Source of the DNA: Acidimicrobiia bacterium
GTDB taxonomy: Bacteria > Actinomycetota > Acidimicrobiia > Spongiisociales > UBA5794
DNA length: 49,117 nt
NCBI GenBank assembly: GCA_051011415.1
Contig: JBPCTY010000135.1
Span: 1-49,117, forward strand
Reading direction: 5' to 3'
Position numbers and translations under genes: made by a program. Positions 42,209 to 49,117 of this stretch are shown here, in pieces. The notes under the pieces were generated by a model that was given only the letters and a program-made list of their open reading frames with translations, did not search any database and was not told where the DNA came from. The stretch's first letter is position 1. Every line of letters starts with the position of its first letter.

Positions 42209-42249
42209 CCATACGGTGCGTCGCACCGGCCTTCTACTCTTGCCCTTCT

Positions 42250-45200
42250 GTGACCGCACCATTGGGCGTCCTTGTCGACCAGTGGAACAAGCAGCTCGAC
42301 CCGGCAATACCCGGTCGCACTGTCGTTCCGCCCCCCGCGCGCGCCATTCTCCTTGCGGCGACGGCCATGCGCACAGGCTCGCCCGTGCTTGCGGTCGTGG
42401 CAGGTGAGAGGGAGGCAGAGGATGTCTTCGACGACGTCGGGCTGTTTCTCGACGAGGTGTATCACCTCCCCGCATGGGAGACGCTGCCGTTCGAGCATGT
42501 GTCACCAAACGTCGTCACCATGGCCAAGCGCATCGAGGCCCGTCATCGATTGTCCACTGACGGGCCGGCCGTTGTTGTCGCCTCCGTCAGAGCGGTGACA
42601 CAGCGGCTGTCGCCAACCACCGTTGTCCCGCTGGTGATATCCGTGGGGGATGACATGCCGTTCGATGCCACGGTCGATCAGCTTGTATCGCTTGGATACG
42701 CTCGAACGGACCGTGTCGAGGCCCGCGGTGATGTTGCCGTGCGCGGCGGGATCATTGATGTCTATCCACCCAATGCCGACAACCCCTTGCGCATCGACTT
42801 CTGGGGGGATGATGTTGAGTCGATCCGCTCGTTCTCGGCATCGACGCAGCGTTCGACGGGGGATCTCACCACGGCCCAGATCTCTCCGGCACGAGAGATG
42901 CTGCTTGATGCAGCTCTTGCCGAGCGGGCGGCCGAACTCCGCACCGATGCCCCGTGGGCAGCAGATACGTGGGACCGGATTGCTGAAGGCGTGACGTTTC
43001 AGGGCATGGAGTCGTGGCTTCCGTGGCTTGCGAATCCCCGGACCGTGCTTGACGCCACCTCGTGCCCCGTCTTCCTGTTTGATCCGGCTCGTTGTACCGA
43101 TCGTGCCCAGGATCTGATCGATGAGGAAGCCGACCTTGCTGAGGCACTTGCTGACACGTGGGGCACCGGTGCACCTGATGCCCGAAACCACCCTCCGCTG
43201 TATCTGCCACTCGACATCGATTCGATCGCGGATCGTCTGGTCGAGGCCCCACCTCTTGCTGCAGGCCCCGGCGAGGACGGGTACGAGATCCGAGGCTTCG
43301 ACGGCGTTCCTGGCGACCCCGAGTCGATCGCGGCAGCAATCAATCGTTGGCGAGACCGAGACATCAACATTGTTGTCGCCATGGATGGAGACGCTGCTGC
43401 TGACCGCGTTGCTGGGCTGCTCTCCGAGCACGGAGCTGACCTGCCCGTTACGAATCATCTCGACGAGGTCACGACCGCGGTCACCAACATTGGTATTCAC
43501 GTCGGCTTCGTGTTCCCAGCGCTCGGCTTGGGCGTGGTTGGTGAACGTGAAATCGCTGGACGGAGAAGAGCACACCGCACAGCGGGAAAGGGCACCCGAC
43601 GCGAGATCGGAGATGCATATCGCGATCTCAACCCAGGGGACTTCATTGTTCATCATCACCACGGAATTGGCCGCTTCGCAGGGCTCGTGCACAGGGATAT
43701 GGCAGGCGTGGAGCGCGACTATCTCCTTGTCGAGTACGCAGGCGATGACCGCCTGTACGTGCCAACCGACCAGCTCGCTGCCGTCGCCAGGTATTCGGGA
43801 GGGGAGTCTCCGCGGCTTTCGAAGATGGGCGGGACCGACTGGTCGCAGACGAGATCACGGATTCGGAAGGAAGTTGCGGTCGTCGCTGATCAAGTAGTCG
43901 AGCTTCACCGCAGGCGAGCCGCAGCCGCTGGCCATGCCTTTGGGGCAGATACGCCGTGGCAGCGTGAGTTCGAAAGCGCTTTCCCATTTGAGGAGACCCC
44001 AGACCAGCTCCAAGCGATCCTGGATGTAAAAGCAGACATGGAAGCTGAACGGCCCATGGACAGACTCATCTTCGGCGACGTCGGATTCGGCAAGACCGAA
44101 GTCGCGATACGAGCGATGTTCAAGGCGGTCCAGGACGGAAAGCAGGCGGTGATGCTGGTGCCGACAACGCTCCTCGCACAGCAGCACTTCGCAAACTTCC
44201 AGGAGCGCTTTGCTGCCTTCCCGATGAGGATTGAGATGCTCTCGCGCTTCCTGACCCAGAAGCAGCAACGAGACGTCGTGAATGGGATTGCCGACGGCTC
44301 CGTCGACATCGTCGTCGGCACGCACCGGTTGCTGTCACAGGACATTGCGTATAAGCAACTCGGGCTGGTGGTGATCGACGAGGAGCAAAGGTTCGGCGTG
44401 TCTGCCAAGGATGCGCTCCGTGAGCTGCGCGCAAGCGTGGATGTCCTGACGTTGACAGCAACACCGATTCCTCGAACACTCGAAATGGCGCTGACCGGCA
44501 TCAGGGATGTGTCGAATATCCGCACGGCACCGCAGGACCGACACCCGATTCTCACCTATGTCGGGCCATATGACGAAAAAGCTGTTGCTGCCGCCATCCG
44601 GAGGGAGATGCTCCGAGAGGGGCAGGTCTACGTGGTCCACAACCGTGTTCAGTCGATCGACCATGCCGTTGCGCGCCTCAGGGATCTGGTTCCCGATGCC
44701 CGGTTTGCCATAGCGCATGGCCAGATGAGTGAGGGCCAGCTCGAACAGGTGATGTTCGACTTTTGGAACCGCGAATACGACGTACTGGTTGCCACGACAA
44801 TCATCGAGTCGGGTCTCGATGTCCCTCAGGTCAACACCCTGATAGTTGAACGTGCCGACCGCCTGGGTCTTGCGCAGCTGTACCAGCTGCGTGGACGTGT
44901 CGGCCGGTCGAACCAGCGCGCGTATGCATACCTGTTCCACCCGATCGAGGATCGCCTGTCGGATACGGCCTACCGCCGCTTGGAGGCAATCGGCGAGTTC
45001 TCCAATCTTGGAAGTGGATTTGAACTGGCGATGAGGGACCTCGAAATCCGTGGAGCCGGCTCGATCCTCTCCGAAACACAGTCCGGACACATCGCCGCTG
45101 TTGGATTTGATCTCTATTCAGAGCTGGTGGCCGATGCAGTTCAAGAGCTGAAGGGGGAAGCCGTAGCCGAAGAGGACGAACCGACTGTTCGCATTGATCT

Positions 45201-45618
45201 GATTGTCGATGCCCATCTGCCGTCTGACTATGTACCAAGCGGCGAGACGCGGCTCGAGGCGTATCGCCGCCTCGCTGCTGCTCGGACACTCGAAGAAATT
45301 GCCGATGTCGTTGGCGAGTGGGAAGACAGGTATGGCCCACTTCCCGAACGAGCACAGGAGCTGATCAACCTGGCCGAGCTCCGTATTGAGGCGATCCGTC
45401 TGGGGATCGAGGAGATCCTCCAGAATCGGCGAGAGGTCAAGGTGCATCCGGTCACCCTCAAGGCATCCCAGGAGGTGCGGCTCGAACGGGTTGCAAGAGG
45501 TGCGGTTCTACGGAGTGCCGCGCTCTATCTGTCACCGCCCGAGGGCTCTCCCCCCAAGGCCATAACCCAGTTCCTCCGTACAATGTGGCCGGAAACTGAG
45601 GAAGCACCATCCACATGA
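42250..45618 (+). CDS. mfd: Transcription-repair coupling factor
   Basis: UvrB-like N-terminus, CarD/TRCF domain, GDVGFGKTEVA, DEEQRFG, TATPIPRTL, QLRGRVGR and DLEIRGAG. The GTG start at 42250 is inferred. Confidence 0.97.
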   Translation: MTAPLGVLVDQWNKQLDPAIPGRTVVPPPARAILLAATAMRTGSPVLAVVAGEREAEDVFDDVGLFLDEVYHLPAWETLPFEHVSPNVVTMAKRIEARHRLSTDGPAVVVASVRAVTQRLSPTTVVPLVISVGDDMPFDATVDQLVSLGYARTDRVEARGDVAVRGGIIDVYPPNADNPLRIDFWGDDVESIRSFSASTQRSTGDLTTAQISPAREMLLDAALAERAAELRTDAPWAADTWDRIAEGVTFQGMESWLPWLANPRTVLDATSCPVFLFDPARCTDRAQDLIDEEADLAEALADTWGTGAPDARNHPPLYLPLDIDSIADRLVEAPPLAAGPGEDGYEIRGFDGVPGDPESIAAAINRWRDRDINIVVAMDGDAAADRVAGLLSEHGADLPVTNHLDEVTTAVTNIGIHVGFVFPALGLGVVGEREIAGRRRAHRTAGKGTRREIGDAYRDLNPGDFIVHHHHGIGRFAGLVHRDMAGVERDYLLVEYAGDDRLYVPTDQLAAVARYSGGESPRLSKMGGTDWSQTRSRIRKEVAVVADQVVELHRRRAAAAGHAFGADTPWQREFESAFPFEETPDQLQAILDVKADMEAERPMDRLIFGDVGFGKTEVAIRAMFKAVQDGKQAVMLVPTTLLAQQHFANFQERFAAFPMRIEMLSRFLTQKQQRDVVNGIADGSVDIVVGTHRLLSQDIAYKQLGLVVIDEEQRFGVSAKDALRELRASVDVLTLTATPIPRTLEMALTGIRDVSNIRTAPQDRHPILTYVGPYDEKAVAAAIRREMLREGQVYVVHNRVQSIDHAVARLRDLVPDARFAIAHGQMSEGQLEQVMFDFWNREYDVLVATTIIESGLDVPQVNTLIVERADRLGLAQLYQLRGRVGRSNQRAYAYLFHPIEDRLSDTAYRRLEAIGEFSNLGSGFELAMRDLEIRGAGSILSETQSGHIAAVGFDLYSELVADAVQELKGEAVAEEDEPTVRIDLIVDAHLPSDYVPSGETRLEAYRRLAAARTLEEIADVVGEWEDRYGPLPERAQELINLAELRIEAIRLGIEEILQNRREVKVHPVTLKASQEVRLERVARGAVLRSAALYLSPPEGSPPKAITQFLRTMWPETEEAPST

Positions 45619-46544
45619 AGCGTCGCACCCGACTCATCCTTCTCGTTGCGTTGCTCGCCGTGCTCGCGGCGGCATGCGCAGCTCCAGACACAGCTGCCCG
45701 AATCAACGACACAACGGTTTCTGATGGTGACATATATGCCCTCCGGGCGGCAGATGTGGACGTCACTGCGTCTGGCGAAGACTTCCGCGCAGATCTGACG
45801 CTGGTGATCGTGAATCAGTCGATGCTTGACCAGGCAAATGACCAATTTGGCATCACCGGCACCGACACCGAAGAGGGACGTCGTGCCTACATGGAGACCG
45901 CTACCCAGCCGGAACTTGACGCGATCTCGAGAGAGATTTCTGACCCGACGCGTACCCAGAGTTACTCCGAGCTTGTCGTGACGTATATGGCAACACGGTC
46001 TGCCGTACGTTCGGTCCTTGCAACCGACGAAGAGATTCTCACAAGGGTGTGGGAAGAGCAGCAGCAAGCTCTCGTCGAGGTTTGTGCCAACAGCATCCTG
46101 GTCCAAACTCAGGAAGAGGCTGAGGTAGCCAAGGCTCGTATCGACGCCGGCGAGAGTTTCGCCGCTGTGGCTGACGAAGTGTCAGGCGATCCCAACTGGC
46201 CCGGTGGTGCACTTCCGTGCCCGGCCAAACCCGGCGACTTCTTTGGTGTCTACGGGCAGACGTTCGTGAACGCGATGTATTCCGCACCCGTTGGATCGGT
46301 GACCGTGCCGTTCCAAGGCGACGCCGGGTGGCACCTTATGCTGGTCGACTCCCGTGAATTCCCGCAAACGTATGAGGAGTTCGCTGCTGACCCCCAACGT
46401 TGGATCCCGAACGACGTGATTTCCGGGGCATGGTCTGTGTGGGTGAACGATGCGCTTTCTGGAGCCGATATCACTGTTCGATCGCAGATCGGCAGCTGGT
46501 ACTCCGAGGCGGATGGAATCCTGCCCCCGCCCGAGTCCCCCTGA
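45615..46544 (+). CDS. PrsA/SurA-like parvulin (PpiC-type) lipoprotein
   Basis: Lipobox AAAC, ILVQT.EEA, GESFAAVADEVS.D, GGAL and GWHLM. Confidence 0.82.
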   Translation: MKRRTRLILLVALLAVLAAACAAPDTAARINDTTVSDGDIYALRAADVDVTASGEDFRADLTLVIVNQSMLDQANDQFGITGTDTEEGRRAYMETATQPELDAISREISDPTRTQSYSELVVTYMATRSAVRSVLATDEEILTRVWEEQQQALVEVCANSILVQTQEEAEVAKARIDAGESFAAVADEVSGDPNWPGGALPCPAKPGDFFGVYGQTFVNAMYSAPVGSVTVPFQGDAGWHLMLVDSREFPQTYEEFAADPQRWIPNDVISGAWSVWVNDALSGADITVRSQIGSWYSEADGILPPPESP

Positions 46545-48016
46545 TGTCGATCATCATCGTCGGGTTGGGTCCGGCATCGCTCGACCAAATCGATGTGCGC
46601 ACAAGCGGGATACTGCACGATCCAAACGTAGATGTGATCGTACGAACCGCTGATCATCCGGCGGCGCAGGAGCTGTCGAAGCATCGGCCTGTCGCCTCGT
46701 GCGACGACTTGTACGACTCCCACGACTCGTTCGATGCTGTGTACGCAGCGGTCACGCAACGCGTACTCGAAGCAGGCCGCACAGGAGATGTCGCGTACGC
46801 CGTGCCTGGTTCCCCTTTGGTCGGGGAAAGGGCGGTTTCGGCACTCCGGCGCGACGCTGAGGAAGCAGGTATCCCCGTCACGATCGTTCCTGCGAGATCC
46901 TTTCTCGATCTCGCCTTTGGAGCTGTCGGGATCGATCCAATTGCTGACGGCTTGCAAGTGCTGGACGCAAGAGACCTACCTGACCCGCTCCCGCTCCACG
47001 TCCCGACCATCGTCACACAGGTGGACTCTGCGCTCCGCGCCGCGGACTTGTCTGTTTCCCTGGCGCGCGTTCTTGATGATGAGACCGGTGTCAGCGTCCT
47101 TGACAGACTCGGTGACCCTGACCAAATCGTCCGAGGCATGACCGTGGCCGAGTTGGCGAGATATGAGGGCGGTCCGCGAACTTCCGTATTCATTCCGAGA
47201 CATGACGTCGGTCTTCTGGGTCTCGTTGCGACCAACAGGGTGCTCCGAGAGCAATGCCCGTGGGACATGCAGCAGACCCACCACTCGCTCTTGTCGCACC
47301 TGGTCGAGGAGGCCTACGAGACGGCGGATGCGCTTGGGCAGCTGCCAGCGGCTGCGCCCGAGGGCGAGGTCGACTTTGGTGCGTATGCCGAGGTAGAGGA
47401 CGAGCTTGGTGACCTGCTTCTTCAGGTCGTGTTCCATTCGACGCTGGCCGCGGAAGCCGGTGCATTTGACATTGACGAGGTCGCCGAACTCAACCGGCGG
47501 AAGCTGGTGCGGCGCCACCCCCACGTGTTCGGTGGCGTCGAGGTTGATGGAGCATCCGACGTTCTTGCGAACTGGGAGCAGATCAAGAGCGAAGAGAAGC
47601 AACGCGAGAGCCTGATGGATGACATACCGAGGGCGATGCCAGGAGTCGCACGTGCGGTGAAAGTGCAGAAGCGTGCTGCGAGCGTGGGGTTTGATTGGCA
47701 GGAAGCCGCCCCTGTGTTCGATGTGCTCCGCGACGAGATTGATGAGCTGAGGGATGCAGCGGGCGACACCGACGAGACGCTTTCGGAGCTTGGAGATGTC
47801 CTATTCGCTGCCATCAACCTTGCGCGCCACCTCCGCGTTGACCCGGAAATCGCGCTGCGGGGTAGCGTTGAACGGTTCATGGCCCGTTTCCGAATCGTGG
47901 AAGCCGAATTCGCCTCAAGCGGTCAACCGATGACCGACGCATCACAAGACGAGCTCGAGCAAGCCTGGTCTCGAGCCAAGAGCGAATTGGCGACAGATTT
48001 CGAACAAAGCACCTAG
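46544..48016 (+). CDS. mazG: YabN-like tetrapyrrole-methylase/MazG fusion (nucleoside triphosphate pyrophosphohydrolase)
   Basis: N-terminal IIVGLGP...YAVPGSP.VGE, followed by CPWD..QTH.SL, EEAYE, ELGDLL.QV.FH, RRHPHVF and ELGDVLFA. Confidence 0.93.
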   Translation: MSIIIVGLGPASLDQIDVRTSGILHDPNVDVIVRTADHPAAQELSKHRPVASCDDLYDSHDSFDAVYAAVTQRVLEAGRTGDVAYAVPGSPLVGERAVSALRRDAEEAGIPVTIVPARSFLDLAFGAVGIDPIADGLQVLDARDLPDPLPLHVPTIVTQVDSALRAADLSVSLARVLDDETGVSVLDRLGDPDQIVRGMTVAELARYEGGPRTSVFIPRHDVGLLGLVATNRVLREQCPWDMQQTHHSLLSHLVEEAYETADALGQLPAAAPEGEVDFGAYAEVEDELGDLLLQVVFHSTLAAEAGAFDIDEVAELNRRKLVRRHPHVFGGVEVDGASDVLANWEQIKSEEKQRESLMDDIPRAMPGVARAVKVQKRAASVGFDWQEAAPVFDVLRDEIDELRDAAGDTDETLSELGDVLFAAINLARHLRVDPEIALRGSVERFMARFRIVEAEFASSGQPMTDASQDELEQAWSRAKSELATDFEQST

Positions 48017-48024
48017 TCACCTAG

Positions 48025-49117
<1,093 letters not shown>

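Noticed and set aside
41983-42249. N-terminal extension of Mfd in the ORF track
   Set aside because: It overlaps the upstream SDR gene and has no Mfd-like character. GTG at 42250 is the more plausible start.

Overview
GC-rich bacterial chromosome segment, most consistent with an actinobacterium (possibly Acidimicrobiia; inferred from DivIVA, UPF0182, an ECF42-type sigma, bL37 and gene order). The left half (1-27.4 kb) is a mixed accessory/metabolic region: ECF sigma-YCII pair, tRNA-fMet with a duplicated 3' end, adenylate cyclase, transporters, zwf, metY-metX, and a lipoprotein/MacB-type ABC operon. The right half is a conserved housekeeping block: rsmI-abrB-metG-tatD-rsmA-ispE-tRNA-Gln-glmU-prs-[aceK-yjbQ]-rplY-pth-[glpK-pgsA-SDR]-mfd-PPIase-mazG-eno. 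I found no CRISPR array, integrase or transposase. The strongest unexplained signal is upstream of metY-metX: a sigma70-like promoter, a 22-codon Met-rich leader ORF ([22 protein letters not shown]) and mutually exclusive 1:2, 2:3 and 3:4 helices ending in a U-rich terminator, which looks like a methionine-sensing ribosome-mediated attenuator. Other oddities are pth lacking a canonical start codon (probable CTG start), an AceK and a Firmicutes-type AbrB in an actinobacterial context, an unannotated bL37, and a tRNA 3'-end/hairpin duplication with compensatory changes. All calls come from reading the sequence by eye; no searches were run.
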